A DNA stretch of 59,178 nucleotides, the filler included, from Stramenopiles sp. TOSAG23-6 (Eukaryota), in assembly GCA_900128565.1 (NCBI GenBank). It is 10 parts of 10 records of this genome, joined end to end, with 100 filler letters (N's around TTAATTAATTAA, not from the genome) between each part and the next. Parts side by side here need not be neighbours in the genome. Positions count along the whole stretch, not along the records: positions 1 to 5,842 come from LT636816.1; positions 5,943 to 11,784 come from LT636817.1; 8 more parts are not named here. One strand, 5' to 3'. Below, one piece after another: positions 1-11,884 of the stretch. The notes under the pieces are model-generated. The model had not been told where the DNA came from and made no database searches. It was given only the letters and a program-made list of their open reading frames with translations. Position numbers and translations under genes: made by a program. Within the stretch, counting starts at the first letter, position 1. Every line of letters starts with the position of its first letter.

Positions 1-54
1 GTACGAAATTTTGTACCTAACGATTTTTTTTTGAAATATTTTTCCAAAATACAT

Positions 55-1038
55 GGTGTTGGTGTGTACATAAATTGTAGTCAACTGAATGATAAAAAAC
101 ATCAACTTGTGAAACCAAAAAACGTAAAAAAATTACGCACACTTTTTGAAGCAGATAAACGGTTTCATGTAAAATATCAACTCAATAATCCATATATTGC
201 CTTGATTTTGCCATTGTCAAATACAAAGATGAAAACAAATACAACAAAATCATCAACTTTGGGTGTATCGGATACTCGATTACAGCAGTCGCATCGTCAA
301 TTGTACTTATCTCAAATTGTTGAATTTTTAGAGGCAAATTTTCAAACAGATTGGGTCTTATTAAGCCTTCTAAGTCAAACCGATATTGGAATTCCTCAAT
401 GTAAAAGTCAGTATTCATTATATAAAATATTCATGGCTGATACTCGATTTGAAGTTGAAACTCGCAATGATCAAGATTATGTTCGACTTCGCTATATGTT
501 GTCAACAAAGCAGGCAACTACTTCGAATTCTTTGGAAGTTTCTGATTTTCCAACTTTATCAGCTGCATCCTCATGGTTCTCCTCTAATAGTGCTAATGAA
601 AAAGAAAATGAAGTTATGAATAAAAGAGTATCAAATTTCGTACCTAACAAATTACAAAATAGTTTTCTTGGAACAAAGATGTCCAAACAAACAAATGAAA
701 AAGAAATTGGACGTGCCAAAAAAACAATAAAGGAAACTACGACTTGCTGGGGTGTACAGCAGAAGGTGAGTAATCCATTATCTGATACCACTATGTCTAT
801 GAGTAATAGGGCAAATTCTTCAAATCATCCCAAGGTCGCACGTGATATAAAGTGGGAAATTCTTCATGGAAACAAAGATGGTAACGTGCAGTGTCACTAC
901 TGTAAGGAATGGAAATCAAAATCTATTGTATTACGTTGTGCATGTAAAGCTGTTCGATTTTGTCGCGGCGATTGTCAAAAATTAGGATGGGCGGATCATG
1001 CAGCGATGTGTAAAAAGATTCGACAAAAAAANCGTTAG
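55..1038 (+). CDS. 3' exon of a protein with a C-terminal MYND-type zinc finger (5' partial)
   Basis: CHYC..RCACKAVRFCRGDCQKLGWADHAAMC motif. Bases 1-54 are the 3' half of a family intron ending ..AAAATACAT. Confidence 0.65.
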   Translation, partial: GVGVYINCSQLNDKKHQLVKPKNVKKLRTLFEADKRFHVKYQLNNPYIALILPLSNTKMKTNTTKSSTLGVSDTRLQQSHRQLYLSQIVEFLEANFQTDWVLLSLLSQTDIGIPQCKSQYSLYKIFMADTRFEVETRNDQDYVRLRYMLSTKQATTSNSLEVSDFPTLSAASSWFSSNSANEKENEVMNKRVSNFVPNKLQNSFLGTKMSKQTNEKEIGRAKKTIKETTTCWGVQQKVSNPLSDTTMSMSNRANSSNHPKVARDIKWEILHGNKDGNVQCHYCKEWKSKSIVLRCACKAVRFCRGDCQKLGWADHAAMCKKIRQKXR

Positions 1039-1267
1039 GTATGAAATTTACTATGAAAAAATGATGTGTCGGATAATTATAATTGTAGGAATGTTGAGAG
1101 TATCCCCAAAATTGATAATACTAATGTAGTTTAATTTGGATTGTATCAAAATTAGTTTAAAAGTTGACAAAAATCCATTTTTCTTGTTTACATCATTGTC
1201 AATAAATCTTTGTAAGAGTAGACTATAAAATGAAAAGTATTTTGTCGTATTTGTTTTTATTATTCGG

Positions 1268-4200
1268 TTATTTTTTTCTCAATTTTTCCCATGGTTTAAA
1301 ATTTTGAATATTTTTACAAATTTTATCAAAGAGGTATTTTTTTTCTATTTTACTTCTATTAGGAGTACAATATACGTGGATGCAACCTAACATACTTAAA
1401 TATGCCAATCGCTCAGCTCTATTCCAATCCTCAGTGGGTTCTATTTGAATGGGTAAACGTTTTACATCTCCGTGCGGATAGCACCAATCTTTGAAGTCCG
1501 CACTCAATAAACAATTAGCGAAATCCCCACCTGTATCTAAAAAATGGTTTGGTTTCCTCCTAATTTCTTGATTTTGTTTACGATTATCTGCTTGTTGTTG
1601 CAACAGAAAACTAGTCGATGGTACCTCAATGACAAGGTAAGCGATTCGCATCCATTCGCCTATGAATCTGTGTCGCCAACCCCTTCGACAACACATAATT
1701 TGTAATAAGACTAATGCTCTTTCGTATGCAGGTGTAACATCAGTTGATTCAATATTCCGATCAAACACTGGCCAACATACTTCAAATTCTACAACACTAC
1801 ATTGCTTTCCCACAGCTCTTGAAAGTCGTAATCGCTGGATGTAATGTGAAAAAGTATGTTAAATTCGAAAATGGTCAAAATTATACTTGTTGTGAAATTT
1901 TCTAGAAAAAAAAAATTGATGATGAACACTTACATAGGTGATGGTATCAACATTCGTCTTCCATAACGCATAGTTTCGATAGCACGCAACGTCACTTCTT
2001 CAGGCCATTCTATATCCTTTCCATTATGGACAAGCATTGTCCCAGTGAGTGAAGAAATGATATCTCGAAGTTGAGGTAATACCGATTTTTCAAAAAGATT
2101 CCCAGCAAGAGCAAATCCAACTTCAGCCGGATCTACATGAGAGACTTCCATTCGCCTAAAATTTGCAGACATGACTTTGAGAATGTTTACTAACATACGA
2201 ATCCATTGATCCTCCAAAGACCTTTTTGTAGTTATACATTCATTACATATATCATTATTTAATCGCATTTGGACGGCTTTTGATAATTCTTTGCGAAAAC
2301 GGTTTATTAGATTTGCAAGGTATTCAAATACTTGTGTGGATACTTGGATCGCATATGGTGATTCTAAATCAAAAATGGATTCTTCCCATGATACGGTAGG
2401 TGGTGGTGGAGGTGATCGCATTTGCCGAAGGTAGACATCGGATAATTGTCCGAGGCATTCTAGAACTGATACTGCATAATCATAACTATTATTTGAGACA
2501 ATTGGTTGAATTCTTGGAATCGTGGCGATACCAACACTTCCGTATACATTGCGATACCAAACACTACGTTTACTTTCAAGTACCAATGCTGGATCTACCC
2601 AAACAGCATGCGCCATATCATTTGCACCTGGACAGTGTACCACAAGCTCCAATACTTCAACATCGATCACACTAATTGAGCATTGTTGCATTTGTTTTGC
2701 AAGACGAATAGGCTTTGACATCCATAGAGATTTTCCGTCTCCTTTAATTTCGAATGACACTTGAACACCAGCGCGTTTCAACTCGTCAGCTGATGCGGAG
2801 TCATTTAAAGCAACAGATGCAACAAATAAATCATATTTTGAATGAATGCAACATTTCATCCAGCTACGTCCTTGAGGAGGAGGATGCATTGATATACCCA
2901 ATTTACGATCTTTACCTTGCACTGTAATTATTGATGGTTTCGTCTTTTTCTTGCTCGTATCACGACAGCCGTCATCCAGGGAATTCCGAGTAAGATTAGA
3001 ATCTGCATCTAACATGTTCTCAAATACAATATCTGAACTTTCAACTTCTGTGGGATTTTCAAATGAACCACTAACGATGCTCATCGGATTGTCTTGACAT
3101 AGCTCACTATTTTGTACGATGTATCCTAATTGACCAGGTATTATTTTTTTTCCAACACCAAGAGAAACTTCGAGCATATCATTTTTTAAAATATCTGCAA
3201 GGAATCTAGGAGGGCTTGAGCCCATACATTCAACTTTTACCAGTCTCACAGATCTACCTGAAGAATAAAATGCAATAGCTGGAAAAACTTCTCCAAATTG
3301 ATTCATGTTTGAAAATGCGACCCCTTGTGCCTCACCATTGACTATATATTGTAACGTACCTTCGTCCATATCTAATTCACACCGTACTATATCTCCTTTA
3401 TACACTCGACGACATGTTCGATCTCTTGTGCCCCTATTGTACAAGTATCCGTTGTATGCTCTGTACATCCATAAATCTGGAGATCTTTCGTAGTTGTGGT
3501 TTGTTACAGGTTTTGTTGCAGCACCAAAACAAGTACATTGAGATGTAGTGTCTTCAGCGAGTTCAAATTCCCATGCTGCTTTGCCTGATGAAAATCCAAT
3601 ATCTAAAAGTATGGATGCATTGCTCCCCGTAGTACAATTTACAACTAATCCTCCTTCGGCAATAACTAAACCTGGATGGGATATAGACAAACTGTCGAAT
3701 ATAACATTGCTAGAAGACTTACCAACCGTTTCGCCAACCTCTTTTCTTTCATCTTCTTCTTTTACAGCATGACATCTCTTTTCAAAATCGACTCTTTCAA
3801 TTAATCGAGCAAGAAACATTTTATAATTTTCTTCTGCATGTGAAGGTAAAAAAAACATCCCAGGAAAATTTGTTGAAGAATTTAGATTTTGTCTATGGAT
3901 TCCCAAATTAGATTCTACAACGCTTAGCATATTTTGCAATGATCCACTAGCAAGAGCGAGCCATTGTAATACATTTAGACTTTTCCAGTAGAGATTGGGA
4001 TATTCTTTGAACGTTGCATCGATTTTTAAATCTCTTTTTGAATAGGATTTAGAAATTATACTTGAAAGCCACCGTTGTAAAATATTGAGACAGTCGAGAA
4101 CACCAAGGCTCCTTCTTTTCTTATGCTTACGCAACTGAACTCTCTCTATAGCATAATATCCTTCTTTATTGTTCTTATCGAAGCCTTCCATTCTCAGTCT

Positions 4201-5790
4201 CATTTTTTTCGCGTGAACAGAAAAAGGAAGAACATATCTTGATTCATCAAGCCTTGACGATGGAAGGGAGAGCAAAGTTACCCATTCGTTCTTCTCCTCT
4301 TCAGCAACATCTTCACTTATTGTTGATGGTACTGGTGAAACATCATTAGGCAAAGTTGGACTTCCATTGGCAAATAGGAGCGTATCAGAAGTCACTTCTC
4401 CACTATCACTGAGGTCTTCATTCAGCTCACAAACATCTTCAAGTCTCTCAGCAATACCATGAGTATACACGGTCGTTTCTGAAGAATCTACTACATGCAC
4501 AGATTCCCTCGTAACATCTTCGGCATGATGATCCGAAGCAAGAGGTGAAGTAGGAGTATTTCGAATTGTCCGCTGAACAGAAGATATTGGTCGAGCAGCT
4601 GAAATACGCATGCCAGTATTTGTTGAAGTTCTCACTGGTGTAACTGGCGTATCACTTTCTACATCGTTATCAGAAATTAGGCTGTCATCTAAATGCACAG
4701 ATAAATTTGAAGTATGAACGGCTAGTGTTTGATCTGATACACTTAAATCACTTATTCTTTCAGATAATCGGACCACTCCTTCATCATCCGCATTGCTAAC
4801 AGATTTTTGTTGAAGGTTACTATTATTGATTTCATTTTTACTATATTCAATATGAAGAGTAGCTGGCTTCCATCGTCCATGCCAATGTACCGAAATACTA
4901 CTGATTGCCACTCCATCATTATTCAAAATTGATTCCGAAACATTATTTTCTGACATTGTTGACACACTTTGGCCCTCACTATGGGTATCAATATCTACAT
5001 TTGCAGTATGGCTGTTCCTCGAACTCTTACTGGATGTCGAATTCCTGTTGTCTCTTTTAACAGGTATAATATTTGGTTTTGTTAGTAAAATACCCCAATA
5101 AGCATTTTCTGGCTGATAAATCGATCTCCAGTGACCATAATCTGATTGAAGCGCACGTTCTGGTCCATTTGAAGGACCAAAAGTCTCTGAAGAAAACGCA
5201 TCTGTTTCATCCGAATGAATCGCTTCATCTTCAGCTTGTCGCGGTGGGGCCCATTCAGAAAAGAGCTGCAATGGCTTAAGGCCGCGAAGCATATTCAATA
5301 AAACAGTTAATGCATGATCGATAGCCTTTGGATCCGTTTCTGCTAATGTTTTTCTGCACTCAGTTTCAGATGATTTGTCTTTGTTTTGATTTTTTCGGGT
5401 AGAAATCGATTTGGAAATATTATTACTGATACTATCTCCTACCTTTAGTGCATTAACAGCTTGGGGGTCAACAAGAGACGCGAAAAAGTATGTATTGTGA
5501 AAAAATATTTTTATTGATGAAATTTGTTAGGTACGAAATTTGGTACAAAAAAATAAATTTGAAATTGAAATGAAAACGTACATAGACCGACTTGTTTGAG
5601 TTGTTCGCTACCACAAGACTGTTTTATTTCAGTAGATTTTTCTGTATCTTCACTATTAGTCACGTTTGGAAAGGTATACTCACTGTTGTTATATTCATTT
5701 CTAGTAGGGTCAGCATCTTCGCTTCTTTGGCTAATGTGAGAAAAGTTATAACAGTCAATACTCTCTCTTGCCATGCGGCGTCTAGCGTAC
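1268..5790 (-). CDS. Large HERC/HECT-E3-like scaffold with SPRY and NPCBM domains (5' partial; exons 5790-5582, 5489-1934, 1838-1268)
   Basis: SPRY motifs (GKAAWEFEL, GDIVRCELDMDEGTLQYIVNG, FPAIAFY) and NPCBM motifs (VSFEIKGDGKSLW, HAVWVDPAL). The frame is continuous once introns 5490-5581 and 1839-1933 are removed. Confidence 0.6.
1839..1933 (-). other. Intron GT(AAGT)..AT, diverged copy
   Basis: Joins ORF 1930-5298 to ORF 1268-1813 as IPSP-I-QRLRL. The AG 4 nt downstream would cause a frameshift. Confidence 0.8.
5490..5581 (-). other. Family intron GT..AT
   Basis: Removal gives GL-Y-FFASLV, and the frame stays open into the 1122-aa ORF. Confidence 0.85.
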
Positions 5791-5886
5791 ATATATTGTG
5801 AAAAAATATTTTTTTTTGTAAAATTTGTTAGGTACGAAATTTNNNNNNNNNNNNNNNNNNNNNNNNNNNNNNNNNNNNNNNNNNNN

Positions 5887-5898
5887 TTAATTAATTAA
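5887..5898. other. Artificial contig linker TTAATTAATTAA within N runs (also 11829, 17763, 23691, 29616, 35540, 41462, 47383, 53303)
   Basis: An identical 12-mer with stops in all six frames, flanked by N runs, recurring about every 5.9 kb. Confidence 0.97.
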
Positions 5899-5964
5899 NN
5901 NNNNNNNNNNNNNNNNNNNNNNNNNNNNNNNNNNNNNNNNNNGAAATATTTTTCCAAAATGCAT

Positions 5965-8483
5965 TCGCTGATCAACCTGATACTGAGATGAGAGCAAAGG
6001 TGTGCAAACGTGCTACTCAATTGCTTGAGTTAGAAAGTATTTTGTTTCAATGTTGTGAAACATGTACGTCTTTTGTTTCTATTCTTGTTGGTAGTGGTAC
6101 AGCCACACAAAGTTCAAATATTTCTAGTAGAAAAATTAATAATGAAAATGAATCTAAAACGTCAAAAGATAAGACAACATCGAAACAAAAAGAAAAGAAA
6201 AAATTAAAACAGAAATTAAAGTTACAAAAGCTTGTAAAGAATGTTCAACAAACAATTAGAAGCTATATGCGCCCTTTAAATCCCGGAGTAGCATCGTTGC
6301 TGACATATCCAACTTTGCAATTAAAAGGCGTAGATCTAGATGGTCGAACTGATCAAGTAGAACAGTTGTCCTTGCCAGATGCTGCAATATATTGCATAGT
6401 AGAAGATATTTATGCAAAAATTCGTTTTGTTTTAAAAAATGTCGTTTCTTTACGTTTTACTAAAAAGCCATCCTCTAATCGAATGAATGTTTCACAAGGC
6501 ATGTATTTAGATGGACATACATGTATGTTTTTTTTTTTTCAATTTCGAATTTATTTTTTTTCATACGAAATTTCGTACAATACATATCAAAGCTTATTAG
6601 AGTTTTATATTGATAAAATTGGCGTATTTTCGGCGTTGCGAGGTCATGTGGACAGAATAACTACTAAAATAGACAATTTAACAAGTTCTGATCCTCCTTC
6701 ACTTGAGGAAGAGGCTGAAGATTCCAGTGATCAACAGATTCAACAAAGTTGGAAATTATTACAACTCATTTTACGTATTCTGGCTGATTTATGCTCTAGT
6801 AAAATTTTATCCGTTTCTCTACAAGGCAAAGCACTTCAAAATAGAATTATCGAATCATTCGCTCGGGATCGTCCTGTAGTTCAGCAGCCAATACTTGAAC
6901 GTTTTCATCATTCATTTCATTTTTTTTGTCCAATTTTGTTTTCATACGAAATTTTGTACCTAACAAATATTAAAAAAAAACATATTTTTCACAGAACTTG
7001 CAAGTTCTAGTTCAATAAGAACGAAATGTTTTGATCTCATCATTGAAGTAGCTCGTTGTGGCTCGTCTGTCTCCAAAATCGAGAATGTGATGCCAGCTGT
7101 CGATTTATTGGCAGCTATTGTTACTATTGAAGATCGGGACAACAAAAATGAAAAATTTTCACAAGACAAGGATGATGAAGAAGAAGAGCTGAGTATTCGA
7201 TTAAGTCGATTCTGTGGCATTTGTCTTGAACGTGATTGGTCTCGAGGAATCAAAGGATTTAGTTACAAAAGTGCCCATATATATCGAATTTTGCAATTTC
7301 TATTTGAATTCTCTCACGAACCATGTATGTTTTCATCATGAATGTAAAATTTTTGTTTTGTACTAAATTTTTTACCTAACAAGATATTTGAATTTTAAAA
7401 TATTTTTTATTATACATTGGAACAAATTCAATATTTTGCAACAACTGTATTAATGAAATTATTAGAAACTGATGGTCAGCGTGGTCCAGTAGAATCTCAC
7501 CCAACCCTAACTAAATCAACATTTCCAGTTTATTTCAAGGCAGTGCTAACATGTCTCATTCGAACATTTTCGAAAACAATGAAAAAACCGTGTACCTCAA
7601 CTGAAGCCCGGGTGTCGAAATTGAACCGCATTCGAAAAGTCATAGTGTGTTTCAAAGCTCTGGCGGAAATGACCAAAGTGATTGATAAAGCGACAGTTTT
7701 AGTCCCAATGTTACGCGCAGGTAAAGAATTACTTGAAGCAATTCATAAACCAAAAACCCAAGATTTTCTTAAAAGTTGTATGCATTTACACCACACAGAG
7801 CTAAATGATATATTGAAAAAATTACAATCAGTGACACGTCAAATGCATGTATTTTTTTTTGTACGAAATTTTGTACCTAACGATTTTTTTTTTAAATCAG
7901 GCATTTCATTTTTTTTTTCGTACCAAACATTTCGTAATCTAACAAATACTTTTGACCAATTTAGGATTTGACATATTTTTTGACTATACATAACATCTGC
8001 TCGTACGGCAAAACTCAAAAAAATGCAGCTATAAGTAGTTTAATACCTGCTTGTAAAAAGCTTTTAGAACAACATCTTTTCAACACACAATTAATAATGG
8101 AAGCATCCGGATGCCTCGATGCTTGTACATTTTCAAATTTGAATTTCGAATGTATTTGTTTTTTTTTTCGTAAAAACAATTTTATTCCTAACAAAAACTA
8201 TCAAACTTCGGAAATATATTTTTATAATACATGGTGGGTAGGTAATTTAAAAAAGCGAAATATCGATGGCACTGAAATCTCTGATGATGATGAAGCGGAT
8301 TCCTCTTCAGTCCAAGAAAGTTCTCAATTTAGTCGAAAATCTTCAGGTTGCTGGGGCGATGAAGAGGTCAAAAATACGAATTCTTCGGAAGGTGGGGGCG
8401 ATGGTAATGACAGTGATGAAACTGAAAGTAGTAGCAGTAGTAGCAGCAGTAGTGATAGCGATGATAGTGATTCTTCAGAGTAA
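5965..8483 (+). CDS. FANCI: Fanconi anaemia group I protein, C-terminal part (5' partial, five internal family introns)
   Basis: The spliced product contains LQSVTRQMH|NICSYGK and GCLDA|WWVGNLKKRNIDGTEI, matching the FANCI C-terminal ..AFWLGNLKNRDLQGEEI motif. It ends in an acidic tail. Confidence 0.8.
6523..6585 (+). other. Internally deleted family intron GT..AT (63 nt, lacks CCTAAC)
   Basis: ACAT|GTATGTTTT..TACGAAATTTCGTACAATACAT|ATC; in frame and stop-free. Confidence 0.6.
6897..6999 (+). other. Family intron with GA..TT ends, or slid GT..AG variant (6901-6994)
   Basis: An intron is needed here to bridge the frameshift between ORFs 5988 and 7087. Both boundary choices are in frame. Confidence 0.7.
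7325..7417 (+). other. Family intron GT..AT
   Basis: Contains an in-frame TGA; removal gives HEP-L-EQIQ. Confidence 0.85.
7849..7991 (+). other. Family intron GT..AT (143 nt)
   Basis: Removal gives TRQMH|NICSYGK. Confidence 0.85.
8125..8232 (+). other. Family intron GT..AT
   Basis: Removal gives the FANCI motif CLDA-W-WVGNLK. Confidence 0.85.
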
Positions 8484-8572
8484 AAAGAATTCATTTTTAT
8501 TTGTAAAAAAGTAATACTGTACAATTAATTTCCTACTTTTGCATTTTTTAGTAAATTAACTATGGTGTTTTT

Positions 8573-11500
8573 TTATTGAGATACGGATAATCCTGAAACG
8601 CTAATTGGGGTCAAAATCCGGCGAGAGGATTTTAATTTCGTACGCTTTGAAGTAAATGATCGGGCAGATAAATCGCCTCTCCTCAGTCTTTCCTTTCTTT
8701 GCATAACTTCTTTACTTTCTCGTAATTTTGCCATCCGTGGGGCATTTGATTTTAAGCAACGTTCTGCCAAAAGTTTACGTTGCTGAAGTTTAGAACTATA
8801 TAAATTATCACGGGCATTACGCTTGCTCCTTGATAATCTGGATTTTCTACTTGTGTTTAACAAGTTATTGATTTTATTATACTTTTGAACTTCGGCTATG
8901 AGCATTGAAAATTCATGGAAATCTACAGTTTTGGACTCATCTGTGTCGATTGCCCTAAATAAACGTTGTGCATCTCTGTCTTTAAAAATGCCACACATTC
9001 GCATTGCTTTACGAAACTCATCGAAATTCAGCTCTTTATCTTCTATTGAAAATTCTAGTTTTGTTGATTTCGAAGAAGATGCAGATTTCTCAACTTTCTT
9101 TCCTCCTCCATGTCTAGCCCGTAGAAGCAACCGTTTAAAAGCATTTCGTGTTGCTAGTCCATCAATGTCATTAATCTCCATCAAAGACGCAGCAATCTGT
9201 TTCTTTAGATTCATCAACTCCTCGTCCTCAAATGACATTGTATGTTTTCTTTCCATCTGCTTTTTACGTTCAATTCGTTTTTCATTCAATGCATCTTCCC
9301 AATTAGCAACTTTGTCTAATTCAGCCTCATTATGTTTTGTGAAATAATATTTCAAAAACTTAATTGTTAGATATACAAAATGTTTTGAAAACGAAAAACT
9401 AAATTTGAAATTCATGATGAAAACGTACGTAGTTATTATCATCGTCGTCAAATACGAGTGATGTAAATTTGTAATAATTAATGAAACCTGTGTTTTTGGT
9501 ATCCATATCGGCAAACAATTGAGTTACAATATTTTCGGGTAGCATTACACCACAATTTCGCATCACTAGCCGGAAAAGATCGATATCGACACATAGAGAC
9601 AAATTAATGTTTTTGAGATTTTGTCGTTGTACTTCTCTATCAATCGATTTAGATTTGGATCGAAAGAATTTAAACGCACCAAGCATTTGTTTTTTCTCGC
9701 TTCTACCTTCTTTGATACTATTACGAATAAGATTAAGTACATGGCCCTTACCACGTGTAGCACTACTTTTAAAATCTAGTCTTTGTGTCTGTCTATCTCG
9801 AATACCTTTGAGTATCTGTTTTCTTCTTCTAGAGTCAACTTTATTTCCACGAAGTTGCTCATCCCATGCTGTAGCACCAAACATCATTTCTCCTAGATCA
9901 CATGGGTGTATAACTCCAGTATTATTATAATCTATGTGTCGAAAACAAGCAGATGTTAAATTTTCTTCATAAATTCGAAGGCGTCGAAGTTCTGATTTAA
10001 AAGTGTTTAAATCTACAGTTTCGGTTCCATGAAATATAATGTAGAACTGTTTCAATGCCTTTGCATCTATTTCATCCCTCGAGATGTTATGATTACCAGC
10101 TTGGATCAAGTTGATCAAACATTTTTTTACACATGCAACAGGATCATTTCTATATTGCAAGATTGCGGCAGTTTTTGCTGCCTCAGTTTTTTTTCGATCT
10201 TGAATTTTCTGTTTTTCAAAATTAAACATTGCCACATCATTATCCAAATGAGAAACAACACGATCTCCGAAAATTCCTGATAGAAACTCCGAATAATCGA
10301 TTAAACCATTACCATCGTCATCTAGTTCATTAAATAATTGATTAACGATATTATTTTGAAGCATAACACCACACCGTCGAAGGCCCATTTCAAAATGCAC
10401 TTTATCAATCATATTGGAATTTTTAGATACTCCTGCATTACATTTAAAACCACGAAAAATTGACATCATCCCATTTGCCCCTCCTTTTGCTAGTTTTGAG
10501 ATCTTATTTCTCATAAGTTCACCAACTTGTTTTTTATTTGATTGAAACACTTTCTCACGTTGCCTTTGAAACATTTCAAGTTTATTGCGCTTTTCTGCTG
10601 CTTTTTCTCGGCCCCAATCTTTCGCCGTGAATTGGATCCACTTTTCTTTCCCAAAGCAAACAGCTATAAAATCGTGCCAGTTGATTTCCCCTGTTTTTTT
10701 TACATCTAGTTTTCTAAAACATTTCAATGCCATTTTAGCATCGTAAACACCAAGCTTTCGCACAGATGTTTGAAATTGGTCAAAATCTACGAAATCAAAT
10801 TTTGTATCTTCCACACTTAATGTATTTTTATAAATTGTTGGAGTACCAATTACGATTTGATCTGGCTTCCTCGGAATTGGTTTCTTTAATACGACACCCT
10901 CCCTTTTAGCGCGTTCACGTGATTGCTTTCTAAAAACTCTAGCTACATCGGAGACAGCATCTGGTTTTTGTTGCAATTTTCGTAGAACAGTTTCCTTGAC
11001 AGTTGCAACAGGATCATGTGTAAGCGCAATCAACTTATTCTGCCGTTTTTCTCTGTTATTTTGAAGAATTTTACCCTGCTGTACATTCCAATCAGTTGCT
11101 TGTAAGGCTTCATCTGACGCATCTTTACCAAATACACCAGAGATGAATTCATTATAATCAATCGTACCATTTCCATCTTCATCTAATTGACGGAACAATT
11201 GTGAAAGAATTGATTCTCCCATAATTATACCACATTTTCGTAAGCCCTTTTTAAATTGTGCAAAATCAATAGAACAATTACGCAAATCTGATTCACCTTT
11301 TTTTCTGAAAACATTGAATGCACTATACATTTGCGTTGCACCTCCTTGTGTCCGTTGGGTGATCTTCTCCCTCAAAACATTCATTATAGATGTATTTTGG
11401 AAAAATATTTAAATTGTTTTTTGTTAGGTACAAAATTTCGTACGAAAAAAAATTGCAATTTGAAAAGAAAAAAAATAAAACATACCCTCAGGATCTTTTA

Positions 11501-11682
11501 ATTTTGCATTTTGGATTCTATTATGATGAAATTTTTCGAGCTGTTTTCGTTTTTCATCTTGTGCTTCTTTAGTCATGTATTTTGAACTATCAATATTTGT
11601 TAAAACTTCAATACATTCTTCTGTGCCAAAAATTCCTGACGCAAACTCATTAAAATCAATAAAACCAGATCTATCAGTATCA
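8573..11682 (-). CDS. Multi-EF-hand calcium-binding protein (5' partial; exons 11682-11486, 11389-9429, 9331-8573)
   Basis: Repeated EF loops DTDRSGFIDFNEF, DEDGNGTIDYNEF, DDDGNGLIDYSEF, DTDESKTVDFHEF. Confidence 0.8.
9332..9428 (-). other. Family intron GT..AT
   Basis: Joins ORF 9399-11384 to ORF 8573-9514 (DNNY|NEAE). Confidence 0.85.
11390..11485 (-). other. Family intron GT..AT
   Basis: Removal gives KDPE-A-IMNVL. The upstream exon ends GG, so there is no direct repeat. Confidence 0.8.
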
Positions 11683-11782
11683 ATGTATTTTGGGAAAATA
11701 TTTCAAAAAAAAAACAAAAATTGTTAGGTACAAAATTTCGTATGAAAAATGAATTCGAAATTGAAAAAAAAATAAAACATAT
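11683..11782 (-). other. Family intron AT(ATGT)..AT at a contig end
   Basis: Typical body, but the first base is A rather than G. It lies 2 nt from an N gap. Confidence 0.6.
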
Positions 11783-11884
11783 ATNNNNNNNNNNNNNNNN
11801 NNNNNNNNNNNNNNNNNNNNNNNNNNNNTTAATTAATTAANNNNNNNNNNNNNNNNNNNNNNNNNNNNNNNNNNNNNNNNNNNN

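Noticed and set aside
5843-5942. Regularly spaced TTAATTAATTAA motif as a biological repeat
   Set aside because: It is always embedded in N runs and is a six-frame-stop contig linker. Gene adjacency across linkers is meaningless.
5965-8483. Fragmented ORFs as pseudogenes or stop-codon reassignment
   Set aside because: Stops and frameshifts fall inside family introns, and long intronless genes translate cleanly with the standard code.
11575-11612. Possible extra family intron end (ATGTATTTTG)
   Set aside because: It lies in an open exon frame and has no core or donor.
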